NCBI RefSeq assembly: GCF_006345805.1
Contig: NC_042999.1
Span: forward strand, 21,948,001-22,012,000
Length of the DNA: 64,000 nt
DNA from: Octopus sinensis
Lineage: Eukaryota
Reading direction: 5' to 3'
Within the stretch, counting starts at the first letter, position 1. Every line of letters begins with the position of its first letter. A program made the position numbers and the translations under genes. Below are positions 25,430-38,318 of this stretch, piece by piece. Below the pieces are notes generated by a model, which searched no databases, had not been told where the DNA came from, and was given only the letters and a program-made list of their open reading frames with translations.

Positions 25430-26689
25430 AACAGGGGTGCGAAGCATGCAACTGCGTGTGTACTTTTTGACACCCCTGCAGAAGCTCGTGATTTTGCGAG
25501 CATGCCTTTGGAGGGGAGAAAGTTGACAAGAGGTAGAAAGTTGACAAGAGCCTGAGTGTGTGGGCTGCCACCAGGTATTGAGGCTGTGTGGATAGAAGGC
25601 ACTATCTGTCGAGGCCTGAGTGGCGGCCCTACCAGGCCATTAAATGTAAAAATGTTGCCTGCGGTTGACTGGGTCAATTTTGACCCTATGGACCCAATCA
25701 ATGATGATCTGGTTTTGCCAGATTTTTTAACAATGGCCGGTTCCAAGCACCCGGTGATAGTTGAGGAACGTCCCCCCAAGTGTTACCTGTGCCTGGAATC
25801 AAGCCATATAAAGAACAGTTGCCGGGAACAGGCAAGGCTCCTGAAACAGTTAAATGAAAAGGTGTCCCCTGCTCCCCCAGAGGAGGAGTTAACCTCCTCG
25901 AAAACAAACAGGAAGAAATGAAAGAAGGTGGGCAGCAATGGTTGCCCACCGATGGATCCTCAGACGGCGGGAGAGAGGAAGGGTCTTCCGGAGATGTCGG
26001 AGGAATTCCACCCACCCGCCGTAAAAGGAGAAAGAAAAAAAAGAAAAACAGGGCATTGCCGGCGACGGCAGGTCTCGAAACCCCTTCGGTGGTATATGTG
26101 CCACTTGAGATGGGGAAGAAGGATGTGTGCCACCGATCGAGGGAGTTGAGGCCCCTCCTACTGAAATATATATTCTCCTGTCTCAAGGGAGGGGCTATTG
26201 ACAGTTTTGTGGAGAATAATATGGATACACGGGTCCTCGGGGACCCGACTTGTATTGAGAGCTCAGAATGGCCTCCGCAGGTGGCTACTCTGGTGCTGGA
26301 AAGAAAGGACTGTGATATCATAAATGACTCGTGTAAAAGCGAGAATTATAGAATTCTTTTTTGGAGCTCCGGATTGCGGTTGCAAGAAAATTACTCGGGG
26401 AAGAACTGTAGGGGTATATCGCCTGCAATTGTGTATAAATTGTGTTTTATAATTGTATGAACTTTTTAATCCAAATATATTGTATTTTAAATTCTAAGAG
26501 AGTTAATACCTCTGTATATGAGTTTTTAAAGAACAATGTTTTAGAGAAGCAGAGGGTTGGCGGGCACTTTCTGTTTTTTGCCCATCTTTATCATTTTTCT
26601 ATCATAATCATTCGCCTCATTAATCTTTATGTCCAGCCCGCAAAGCCACCTTGTCTATGTGCTGCCTACATGGCAAATTTCATGAATAA

Positions 26690-26692
<3 letters not shown>
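25430..26692 (+). mobile_element. L1/Tx1-type ORF1-only retroelement (HAL1-like), decayed
   Basis: RRM-like start (...CGLPPGIEAVWI...), CCHC knuckle KCYLCLESSHIKNSC, basic linker, C-terminal domain to 26460, ~230-nt 3'UTR and AATAAA at 26685. There is no EN/RT between ORF1 and the tail. Confidence 0.6.
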
Positions 26693-27265
<573 letters not shown>

Positions 27266-27322
27266 GAAAAGAATACATATGTATCTTATAAATTTTATTA
27301 CATATATGTTACACATACATTT

Positions 27323-27353
<31 letters not shown>

Positions 27354-27463
27354 CATTTATATATATATATAGGTTATAATGATGTTGATGGAAATTCCGA
27401 AAAGTCAATTTAGAACCACTTGTCTCCCCCTTGAAAATAAATCACCGTATAGCAATGTAAACC

Positions 27464-27718
27464 TCAACACGTAGAAAAACGGCGACTACTGATGTTCATT
27501 CGTGTGAGACCGATTTGCTTGAGCGGATTTCCATCGTCCATATCGTACGGTATATCGCACACAGTCAAGAGCGTTTCACGTTCGCTCAATTCATCTTTGA
27601 CGTCTTCGAGAAGTTCTTGGTGGTTTTCGCAGCTTCGTTCCAGTTTCAACTTCTGTATCTCGCTACGAAGTGACAACAGCTGCGTTGCTAACGTGTGGTC
27701 AACGTCTCTCATTTTCTC
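27464..27718 (-). CDS. FAM167: FAM167-family protein, terminal coding exon (84 aa + stop)
   Basis: EKMRDVDHTLATQLLSLRSEIQKLKLERSCENH...PLKQIGLTRMNISSRRFSTC* matches the FAM167 (former DUF3259) C-terminus [24 protein letters not shown]...[20 protein letters not shown]. Acceptor ttttatctttgtag|GAG at 27719; the phase-0 join gives WIKTEL-EKMRD. Confidence 0.95.
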   Translation of the reverse strand, partial: EKMRDVDHTLATQLLSLRSEIQKLKLERSCENHQELLEDVKDELSERETLLTVCDIPYDMDDGNPLKQIGLTRMNISSRRFSTC

Positions 27719-27930
27719 CTACAAAGATAAAATAAAAAGTGATGAAAAAGAATTAAATACGTAAATTCTATGAATTGCATTACTTGTAATTCTCTAAAAA
27801 ATTTCAAATCCAGACTTGTAACCGAGTCAAACATTATGATTAAACGATTATCTCATTTGCAATACCATCAACTGCTCAGGCGAACATCATATATATATAT
27901 ATATATATAATATATATATATACATACATA

Positions 27931-27960
27931 CAGTAGGGGGAAATAAATATTCGTACACGT
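27931..27960 (+). mobile_element. Tc1-like TIR remnant
   Basis: TA|cagtagggggaaataaatattcgtacac resembles Tc1 termini; a partial repeat lies near 28104. Confidence 0.35.
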
Positions 27961-28379
27961 CAAAATGCTTTATTTAATTTCTAATGAACATAAATGGGAT
28001 ATACCAATACTATATATATGCATACACATGCATACACTAAGAATATTCAAAAGAATCTAATAAATTATAGCAACTAAGGATTTTATATTCAATTATAAAT
28101 ATTTAGGGGTGAAAAAAGTATTCGTTCAGAACATAAATAACTGATCATTCTGATTTAATTCTTCGTAGCATAATATATATATGTGTGTATGTATATGCAT
28201 ATATATGCGCGTCTTTGTCCCAAAACACCGCTTGGCAATTGGTGTTGCTTTGTTTATCTCCTCATAAAGAAGAGATTCGGCTATAAGAGACCGAAGGAAT
28301 AAGTACCAGTCTTTAAAAAAAAGCTTCAACCGTTATTTATTTTCTTCATCATTCTTACATTTTCCTGTAGAGAATACTC

Positions 28380-28917
28380 TTGGCTGCATCGTTTGTTAGA
28401 ATTAACGCCTTTTCCTGGGGTTATATTTTTCTGCTCACTTCTATGCTGATGGACTGGAGTACGTAAGTCTGAAGACCATGATTGGCCTCAGCAGGTGACT
28501 CCGGAGGTCAGTTCGGAAGTCGGTATGTTCAGGGTGAGTGACTCAATCCCGAAGGACTAGTTTAGGTTCGCCTTCTGGGGCCTCGACCTTGAGATGGAGC
28601 ATTGCCTACGGGAAATATACGGCCTGGTCGGGGAGGAAGTATGTAAAAAAGGCTTTAGTCCCTGAATATTTACTTCATGTAAGAGTCTCAGCGCCTCATT
28701 TTCTAATGGACTATTAATTGTAAGAAGTGAATACCTTGATTTGTTTTGGGTTTTTTTGTGTAAAAAAAGAATAGTTTTAGTGAAGCAAAAAATCGGCGGG
28801 CGTTTTTGTCTTCTCCCATCAATATCATCCTTTTTCATCATTCATCTCATCAATGTTTTTGTCCAGCCCGCAAGCTACACTGTGTCATGCCTTTATGACA
28901 AAATTTTGAAATAAAGT
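28380..28917 (+). mobile_element. Diverged 5'-truncated relative of the 25430-26692 element
   Basis: Shares WPQQV/WPPQV and an alignable 3'UTR (gttttag.gaagca...ggcgggc...tcattc..ctcat.aat...tgtccagcccgcaa) with AATAAA at 28910. Confidence 0.6.
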
Positions 28918-29585
28918 CTGTATAAAAAATGCAGCCAGCACGGCCATTTCATCACAAATGCTGAGCATCATAGATGGTCACTGGGGATTGTTTTTGATAC
29001 AAGCAAAATCTTCGACTGATCCCCGCCCCGTGTTTTCTGTGAAACGCGTTACACCATTCAGAATTTGATCGTACCGTGTTATCCCGTATTAAGAATGCAT
29101 GCATTGGTGATAAACGAGGCTACATTTACTAGAAAACAAAAAGAAGACAATGACGTTTTTTTTCTCCTGAATTTCAACCATTATATATCACGGTTAAAGA
29201 GAATACTGTCGTCTTCGATGAATGCTAAAACAAATATAAACCAGATACAAAAATTCTTAAAATTACTCATTTGACTTTGATTCATACGATGAAGGACGGC
29301 TTTGTGTGATTGTCTACAACCACCATACCGAAAACGAAATTAATTCAATTGACGAAATTAACAACAATCACTATTTAAAAATAATGGTAACATCAACAAA
29401 TAACCTCGCCATTATACACAAGTACAAAATAACAATAAATGCTACTATAATAAACAACACAAAAACGATAGACGTACAAGCGTAACTACTATTGCTGATA
29501 AATCTTCAGCATAAGAACATAAGCAAGGGTGATAGTGTGCGACATTTGTCAATAGTAACATATTCATTATTATGGCTTTCATAAT

Positions 29586-30310
29586 GGCGGCGAGCTGACA
29601 CAAACGTTAGCACGCTGGGCGAAATACGTAGCCGTATTTCGTCTGCCGTAACGTTCTGAGTTCAAATTCCGCCGATGTCGACTTTGCCTTTCATCCTTTC
29701 GGGGTCGATTAAATAAGTACCAGTTAAGCACTGGGATCAATATAATCGACTTAATCCGTTTGCCTGTCCTTGTTTGTCCTCTCTGTGTTTAGCCCCTTGT
29801 GGGTAGTAAAGAAACAGGTATTTCATCTGCAAAAAAAATGCAAAAAAAAGACAGGCGGCGAGCTGGCAGAAACGTTAGCACGCCGGGCGAAATGCGTAGC
29901 CGTATTTCCTCTGCGTTACGTTGTGAGTTCAAATCCCGTCGAGGTCGACTTTGCCTTTCATCCTTCCGGGGGTCAATAAAATAAGTACCAGTTGAACAAT
30001 GGGGTCGATGTAATGGGATCAGTCCTGCCCCCACCAAATTGCTGCCCTTGTGACAAAATTCGAGATCGACTAGTCCCGTCCCTCAAAATTTCAAGGCCTT
30101 GTGCCTTCAGTAGAAACGAATCGCTAGCACGCAGTGCGAAATGCATAGCAGTATTTCGCCTACCGCTACGTTCTGAGTTCAAATTTCACCGAGGTCGACT
30201 TGGGATGGTGGGGGTCTATAAATTAAGTACCAGTTAAACACTGGAGTCGATATGATCGATTAGTCCTTTTCCCATAAGTTCCAGGTCTTGTGCCTTTAGT
30301 AGAAAGTATT
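29586..30310 (+). mobile_element. SINE family A cluster (3 copies)
   Basis: Heads ggcggcgagctg at 29586 and ~29853; a third, more diverged copy lies near 30110. Confidence 0.8.
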
Positions 30311-30594
30311 CTTATGGCTTTCATTTGGGTCATAGATTAATAAGTAAAATAGTAATATTGAATAACGTCAGTTGCAATTTTTAGCTGTGAAGTTAAGAAA
30401 TTTGCTTTTCAGTCGCTCTGCTTTCGGTGGACTTGGTCAAGTGTTTTACTTTGCTATTTTCTTTCGCAGCTTGCTTACTTCAGTTGTTACATTTCACCAA
30501 GCCATTCGGTACATCCTTCTTTCCTTTGTCCGTTATTTCTTCCATGTTTCCTTCCTTCAATTTTTATCCTTACCTTCTTTTTTTCTTCTTTTTT

Positions 30595-31062
30595 AGTTTC
30601 AGCTCAGAGCTGCGGCCATGCTGATGCACCGCCGTTTTGTGCTACACTGTTATTACTAAGAACCTCCTCTAATATGTGGCACTTGGTGAAGAATGGAGTT
30701 TGATATAGCTACCCTCATTTGCACCTCTTGCCATGTGGTAGGTTCATCTGGGACTCTCGACAGGAAGAGGTCCAGCTTTGATTTAAAAACCGCTACATCT
30801 ACTTTGTGTATGTTCCTCAGACTCTTTGGGAAAATATTAAAAAGCTGTGGATCCTTGAAACCCAGGCTGTTGCAGTAGCTGGTCCTGCAGCGTGATGGCT
30901 TTGCTGGGATCTTTGGCACACTGCAGTGTCGTCCCGTTCTAGTATTGGTTCAATGCCAAAATTTGGCACAATTCCTTCCAGGATTTTCCAGATATATATT
31001 ACTGCATACCTTTCCCGTCTTCTCTCCGAGGAGTAGAGTCTTAGCTGTTTCAACCTTTTTTT
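30595..31062 (-). mobile_element. CR1/L2-group LINE 3' fragment, same family as 6180-6890
   Basis: MKQLRLYSSERRRERYAVIYIWKILEG...FNIFPKSLRNIHKVDVAVFKSKLDLFLSRVPDEP and the same 3' tail. Confidence 0.85.
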
Positions 31063-32200
31063 TTTACATCATAATTTCCCTCGTCCCTTCGTTCAGTCCT
31101 TCATTTCTTTATTCATTATTTCTTTCTTTCCTTACTTCCAGCTTTCATTTGTTACTCTCTCCTCTTTCTTTCACACGTCTTTCATTCATACGTTATTTCC
31201 TTCCATGTCATTTTCTTTCCTCCATTGCATACTTTTTACCTCCTATCTTTATATCCTTCCTTCCCTTGCTACTTTCTTCATTCCTTTCTCTTTCACTTAT
31301 TTTATTCTTCGTTACTTTCAGCTACTTCCTTCCGTTCTTCGTTACTATTTCCTTATTTCTCCCTTTCTTCAACACTATTCTTTCATTCATTATTTCCTTC
31401 CTTCACTCCTTTACTTCCATCCGCCCTTTCGTCTTTCTTCCCTTTCTTAGTTTCCTCCTTTCGTTACTTCCTTCCTTGCATTCTTCTATCCCCCGTTACT
31501 TTCTTCCTTCACCCTCATCTTTATAATTTCCTTCTTTCATAACTATTCTCCCTTCTTCTTCGTAAGGCGGCGAGCTGGCAGAAACGTTAGCACGCCGGGC
31601 GAAATGCGTAGCCATATTTCGTCTACCGTTACGTTCTGAGTTCAAATTCCGTCGAGGTCGACGTTGCCTTTCATCCTTTCGGGGTCGAGAAATTAAGTAC
31701 CAGTTACGCACTGGGGTCGATATAATCGACTTAATCCGTTTGTCTGTCCTTGTTTGTCCCCTATCCGTTTGTCTGTCCTTGTTTGTCCCCTCTGTGTTAA
31801 GCTCCTTGTGGTAGTAAAGAAATATATTCTCCCTTTTCTCTCTTCCTTCGTACTTCTTTCGTTTTCTTCTTTCATTTAGTCCTCCTTTCAGTTCTTCATA
31901 AATTGCTTCCTCTATGCTTTCATAATCTTCTTCCTTCCTTGCATTCTTCTATTTCTCGTTACTTTCTTCCTTCACCCTCACCTTTATAATTTCCTTCTTT
32001 CATCACTTTTCTCCCTTCATTCGTTCTTCCTTTTCTCTCTTCCTTCATACTTTTTTTCATTTTCTTCTTTCAGTTAGTCCTTCTTTCACGTCTTCATAAA
32101 TTGCTTCCTCTATGCTTTCATAATCTTCAACCTGCCTGCCTCCATTTTTGCTTTTTCTGTATCATTCATCCGTCCAGTCGTTACTTCCTTCGTGTCAAGG
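31062..32200. repeat. Pyrimidine-rich low-complexity tract with internal duplication
   Basis: ccttgcattcttctat...cgttactttcttccttcaccctca occurs near 31475 and 31940; source of spurious hydrophobic ORFs. Confidence 0.85.
31566..31829 (+). mobile_element. SINE family A, full length with internal tail duplication
   Basis: ggcggcgagctggcagaaacgttagcacgccgggcg...gtagtaaagaaata. Confidence 0.85.
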
Positions 32201-32869
32201 AGATAATTATAATTATCATTATTTCATTATTTTTTTCTTTTATTCCTAAGCTGAATCATTATCATCGTTAATAAAAACAGCACCATCATCATCACCATCA
32301 TAGTATTTGCTACTAAAGTGATAGAGTAATTCACCTAATAACATAGCAAACAACTTAATTAACTTTACAAATAATTAACCGAAATACACAATAATCTAAT
32401 CAAACTGTCTTCAACGAAATTTTAAAAGAAAATATTAAAACAATATAGAGGAATGGAAACAACATTTTTTTAAAAAAATTTTTGTAATGTATAATTTAGC
32501 CGAAAATAATGGATGTGTACATGATCTTTGGCGGCCCTCTTGGGTGCTGTTCAAGTGTTGGTATCATGAATGAAAAACTTTTAGTTTATATCCACTCAGC
32601 AGTTTTGTGTTACGTCACGTGAGAGCATTTTGTCATATTTATGTCAGCAACACAACGATTTAGGATTCCCCTGACGCAGAAAACAAAACGAACTGGCGTG
32701 AGAACCAGGTTTTATTTTATTTTGTCTTTTATCTTATCCTTAATTGTTTTCATCAATGTACTGCAACCATGCTGGGGCAACGCTTTCAAGTGGCTTAGTC
32801 GAACAAATCGACCCTCGAACTTATTTTGTTTAGTTGATAGATATTCTTTTCTAATCTAGGCACCAGGCC

Positions 32870-33609
32870 CGAAATTTTTCGGGGTTAGGGGCAGGCGATC
32901 AGATGGACTCCAGTACGCAACTGGTACTTAATTTATCGACCTTCAAAAGGATGAAAGGCAAAGTCGACCTCGGCGGAATTTGAACACAGAACGTAAAGAC
33001 AGACGAAATACCTATTTCTTTATTGCCCACAAGGGGCTAAACACAGATGAGACAAACAATGACAGACAAACGGAAAACGTCGATTATATCGACCCCAGTG
33101 CGTAATTGGTACTTATTTATCGACCCCGAAAGGATGAAAGGCAAAGTCGACCTCGGCGGAATTTGAACACAGACGTAAGACAGACGAAATACCTATTTCT
33201 TTATTGCCCACAAGGGGCTAAACACAGATGAGACAAACAATGACAGACAAACGGAAAACGTCGATTATATCGACCCCAGTGCGTAACTGGTACTTAATTT
33301 ATCGACCCCGAAAGGATGAAAGGCAAAGTCGACCTCGGCGGAATTTGAACACAGAACGTAAAGACAGACGAAATACCTATTTCTTTATTGCCCACAAGGG
33401 GCTAAACACAGATGAGACAAACAATGACAGACAAACGGAAAACGTCGATTATATCGACCCCAGTGCGTAACTGGTACTTAATTTATCGACCCCGAAAGGA
33501 TGAAAGGTAAAGTCGACCTCAGCGGAATTTGAACTCAGAACGTAACGGCAAACGAAATACCGCTAGGCTTTTCACCTGGCGTGCTAACGTTTCTGCCAGC
33601 TCACCGCCT
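32870..33609 (-). mobile_element. SINE family A tandem array
   Basis: Three ~182-bp units starting at 33011, 33192 and 33376 share private variants. Confidence 0.85.
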
Positions 33610-33904
33610 TCTGATATATATTCTATTAGTCTGTTTTGTCATCTTTGAATGAAGCAAACTGTATTTCATGACCGCCTTATTTACTGTGACCTTCATCTTT
33701 TCAGATGGTAATGTAAATTTGAAGGACATTTGGCATCTATTTCTAGAAAGTCAAGCGATCGCATGGATAGTACTGCCTCGACTTCAAAACGTTAATCCAC
33801 GGGATGAGGAAGATTTATGTTATATCCACCAATTTGCAGCTCAAGCACGATTACTCCTGTTAGAACTTGATTAAATATATATGGTGCTCGTAGTTCTATA
33901 GCCG

Positions 33905-34500
33905 TCTCCGCCTACCCACATACCTCACCTCTACCCCACCCTCAGCCTAAACTACAACCCACCCTTGCTTTCCCCACTCTTGCCTGCCCCACCTCCTAAC
34001 ACCATCACACCTAAACACACGCACACGCCAATGTCACCAGCCTTCTTCCACACGCAATACAAACTCTTTTATACACACGCAGGCGCGCCTTCGTTTTGGA
34101 ATCACCACTACTTTATTATCTCCCCTTCTTCCTACCTCTCCTCTGTGACCCTCCTGTCGGAATTTGCCATGATAGATCACTAGCCACCTCACATTCTATA
34201 TTTTCTCTCCTTGTTTCTTTCTGTGTACCTTTCTGTGGAAGAGCATAGGCTAGAAACGTTAAAGACTTTTTCACTTCCCGAGCGTTATACTAATACATCT
34301 GTTTGTTGTCTACACCACCTGTCTTCGTGTTTTTGTTTTTTTCCCATCGAAAAATACCTTAGGAATGAGAATCCACGTTTGAAATTTCCCCAAGACTCCT
34401 AACGAAAGCTGGAGTGTATATCTGCCGAAACGTTGTGTTAACAACAAACAAGATGAGGACAAATATCCGTCAAATGTAAATAATGTAGATAATTTCTCAT
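33905..34500 (+). mobile_element. PLE-type repeat region with two degenerate hammerhead-like motifs (34229-34264, 34395-34438)
   Basis: CUUU CUGUGGA A GAGC-auag-GCUA GAA ACGU U AAAG and ACUC CUAACGA A ...GCC GAA ACGU U GUGU. Confidence 0.45.
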
Positions 34501-34619
34501 CTCTGAAATATAGAATTGTATGTATTCTATCAACTCCGAAAAGATGAAATGCAAATTCAAGAAGAGCGGAATTTGAAATTCTGAATGTAAAGAAACGGAT
34601 TAAGTAGCTACAAGAGCTT

Positions 34620-35755
34620 TTTCAGACATTCAGCCGGTTCGCAATCTTCAGTTTCTTCAATAATGGTTTGAAATTTTAACATAAGGTCAGAAGTTCGAAA
34701 AAAAATGGGATAAGTCTATAATTCGACATCAGTGCTCATCTGGTACTTATTCTGTCAACCCCAAATGGAAGAAAAATACCACCAAGCAACTATTCGCTCG
34801 ACTGACTAGTATTCGATCTGAAATATACTTGTGATTCCCCTAATGATTGATCCTGCTTGTAAACTTTGTTTCCCTCATGATAAACAAAGATAGTAAATTC
34901 AACTAAAGTCTGAACATAGCAAAGAGAAAATTCATACACTTTTATACACAACTATCAGTAAATCGAAATATACCTTCGGTTTCTTCTTCGATAATGGTTT
35001 GTGATTTTAACACAAGGCTAGCAGTTCTAGGAGATGTGATAAATTGATTACATCGACATCAATGCTCAACTGGTACTTATTCTGTCAAGCCCAAAATGAA
35101 GAAAAGTAAAAAGTAGTCCCCGGTGGAATTCGAACTCAGAACATAAAGAGGGTGGGAAAACTACTACCACCAAGCAACTATTGGCTCGACTATCTACTAG
35201 TATTCGATCTGAATATACTTGTGATTCCCCTAATGATTGATCCTGCTTGTAAACTTTGTTTCCCTCATGATAAACAAAGATAGTAAATTCAACTAAAGTC
35301 TGAACATAGCAAAGAGAAAATTCATACACTTTTATACACAACTATCAGTAAATCGAAATATACCTTCGGTTTCTTCTTCGATAATGGTTTGTGATTTTAA
35401 CACAAGGCTAGCAGTTCTAGGAGATGTGATAAATTGATTACATCGACATCAATGCTCAACTGGTACTTATTCTGTCAAGCCCAAAATGAAGAAAAGTAAA
35501 AAGTAGTCCCCGGTGGAATTCGAACTCAGAACATAAAGAGGGTGGGAAAACTACTACCACCAAGCAACTATTGGCTCGACTATCTACTAGTATTCGATCT
35601 TGAATATATTTGTGATTCCCCTAAGGATCCATCCAACTCGCAAACTTCATTTTAACTAGAATAAACAATGATAGTAAATTCAACTAAAGTCTCGAGATAG
35701 CAAAGAGAAAAATCATACAGCTTTATATACAACTATCAGTAAATCGAAATATGCT
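34620..35755. repeat. ~390-bp tandem repeat, about 2.9 copies
   Basis: Anchor caagcaacta at 34783, 35171 and 35561; each unit contains a decayed SINE. Confidence 0.9.
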
Positions 35756-36210
35756 GAAGTCCAGACGCAACGTTCACTTCAAGTATTATAATATTGAACC
35801 ACTATAAAATTGGTCTGAATTAGTCTATAACTCATTTATATAGTAGGACATTATATTTCTTGTATATAATGCTATATTTATCATTCAGTTCTAATTCATC
35901 TATATTCTGCGTTATAGGAAATATAAATTATATCTCAAAGCCTGTCATGCCTCAGTATTTCGTATATTTCAATGCTATAAAACTTACAAGAAACGAATAA
36001 ATTTTATAAATATATATATGTATATCTAAATCTAACTACCAAAATATGATATAATACACATACATGTGTGTGTACATGTACGTATATGTATAGGTATTTA
36101 TGCATATGTGTGTGGCTGCTAAGACTAGAGATACTAGAGCGCAAGTACAGACAACAGAGTGGTCTAGAAAAACATGATAAAAAATATTCTTGGTTTTTCT
36201 CTCTCTCTCG

Positions 36211-36299
<89 letters not shown>

Positions 36300-36300
<1 letters not shown>

Positions 36301-36500
36301 AAAGTTAATCCAAACTTGAAAACACAAAGAGAAAACACAACAAAGCGAAGACGTGGAACAAATATAGTATTATTGGACGCTCAGGAAGGAAGGAAAGGAG
36401 GTTTTAACGTTTGGAGCGGAGCTCTTCGTCAGAAACATAGGAAAAGGAAAGATCCAAAAAAAGGAAGACGGAGGAAAAACATCACCAACGGTACACACGG
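36300..36500 (-). mobile_element. Short hammerhead-bearing PLE-type repeat next to (TA)n
   Basis: Homologous to 59630-59800 (+). Motif at 36436-36401: GUUU CUGACGA A GAGC-ucc-GCUC CAA ACGU U AAAAC (G12 changed to C). Confidence 0.6.
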
Positions 36501-36594
36501 AGAGAGAGAGAGACTTTATTTGTGAGTTAACAAGCGATGTAAAGAAGAGGAACCTCTTAAAAATTATCAAGTGTATCACATGGATTCGTTGGTA

Positions 36595-36741
36595 CACGTC
36601 TACATTTTGGACGAGAATACACAAACTTACTCGAAACTGTACAAGTTACCTACTCTGAACTGTATAGTTATTTACAGTATATCTCGAAATCTCATAGAAT
36701 CGCGTGTCACTTCGTGTATTCTCATCCAAAGTGTAGACGAA
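36595..36741. mobile_element. 147-bp MITE, TA-flanked (Tc1/mariner type)
   Basis: Arms cgtctacattttggacgagaatacac (36597-36622) and gtgtattctcatccaaagtgtagacg (36714-36739); TA at 36593-94 and 36742-43. Confidence 0.7.
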
Positions 36742-37536
36742 TACCATCGTCCCCATGCAGAAGGCTTGATAACTGGTAAGAGATTCGCCTGCATGAAACC
36801 ATTTGTATTATTTTTAACCACAAATAAAAAGTACGTATCCATTGATGTGGTTTTCAGCACTCATTCTCTCTCTTCAATATAAGCGTATATAAGCTTTTCA
36901 AATGCCAGTGAATATTTTATTCACTGTTTTCTGTGTATCGAGGCACGAAGTTCTTTCAAGCAGGTGATGATCAGATCAACAAGCCTTTAGGGCGGAGAAA
37001 CGTCTATCGTTCTCATGAGTCACTGAAGCAACGCTGTTTATCTCACTCTCATCTTCAAGCTGTGTTTTTAACAAAACAAGTCTTTGAAGAAATTTAATCT
37101 CTCTCGATATATATATATATATAAATAATAAAAGGGTAAATAAATTTTTTCGATGGCTTTTTAGACAACCAACAATTATTTACTGGTAAATTTCGGTATG
37201 TAAATATGACTTTTAGCGTCGGTAACTTCTTTAGAGTTCAGTATATATAGTAGTATATAAGTAAAAGGGCAGGCAACAGGTTGCTCTGCCGCATACCGAA
37301 AGAATTAGAAATGGCATATTTTGAGATTGGTAATATTAACAATACTCGCAAATAAAATACAGACTGGAGTTGTAGTGCTCCAAGTGAGCTATACTCCGCT
37401 TAATAATCTGAATGGAGGTAATAATATAAGCAGAAACTAGAGGAACATAATGACCACACTCAAGATCACACACATGTGTGTGTGTGGTGTGTGTGTGTGT
37501 GTGTGCGCGCGCGTGCGTGTGTGTGTGTGTGTGTGT

Positions 37537-37826
37537 GGAGGCGCAATGGCCTAGTGGTTAGGGCAGCGGACTCGCGGTCGCAGGATCGCGGTTTCGATTC
37601 CCAGACCGGGCGTTGTGTGTGTTTATTGAGCGAAAACACCTAACAGCCCCACGAGGCTCCGGCAGGAGGTGGTGATCCCAGCTGTACTCTTTCACCACTC
37701 TTTCTTCTGTTGGCCTGCTCGCTTAGCCAGCGGGGTGGCGTCATTGAAGGCTAAAACAATGCAAACGCATTGTGACCAGCGATGTGTAGCAACATCTGAT
37801 TATCTGGTCGGTCACGTGATCACGTG
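37537..37826 (+). mobile_element. SINE family C, tail type i
   Basis: Complete head to ...ggtcacgtgatcacg. Confidence 0.85.
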
Positions 37827-38318
37827 ATATGTATGTATGTATGTATATAATCTTCTACATTTATAAAACGGATATAAAAATTCCAAATATATAAGCTGGC
37901 AAAAAAGAGTTGTACTTCTATTTGAAAGGGCCAGTCTTGGTATTCTGTATCATGCATAATCTCTCTAAGAACTATATTAAGAGTACGCATTGTCTGTGGA
38001 GTGCTCAGCCAGTTGCACGTTAATTTCACGAGTTTGTTGTTCCGTTAATTGGATCAACTGCAAAACTCGTCGTCGTAACCGACGGAGTGCCAGTCTTGCT
38101 CATACATACAGATAGATTTACATACACAAACGTACGCACTCACAAGTGACAAAGATTGCGCAAGAAAATTAAAAGAAAACTGCACCACTACAAAACAAAA
38201 ATGAGACTTGAAATCTAATACATAGCCATGCTTGGAAGTCTAGCGATACCATTAGCGCATTGAAAGAGAAAAAAAAATAGTTTTAACTGCTTTCATGTAA
38301 TTAAACTATTCAAGCTAA

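Noticed and set aside
25258-26321. 173-aa and 207-aa minus-strand ORFs
   Set aside because: Antisense shadows of the GC-richer retroelement sequence on the plus strand.
30945-31542. 193-aa and other hydrophobic ORFs resembling membrane proteins
   Set aside because: Antisense LINE end plus pyrimidine-rich low-complexity DNA.
33668-33874. Minus-strand LQIGGYNINL resembling the RTE RT segment before YADD
   Set aside because: Too short and degenerate (no YADD) to support as a feature.
33011-35755. Regularly spaced repeats suggestive of a CRISPR array
   Set aside because: Eukaryotic context, units of 182-390 bp without unique spacers, and no cas genes.
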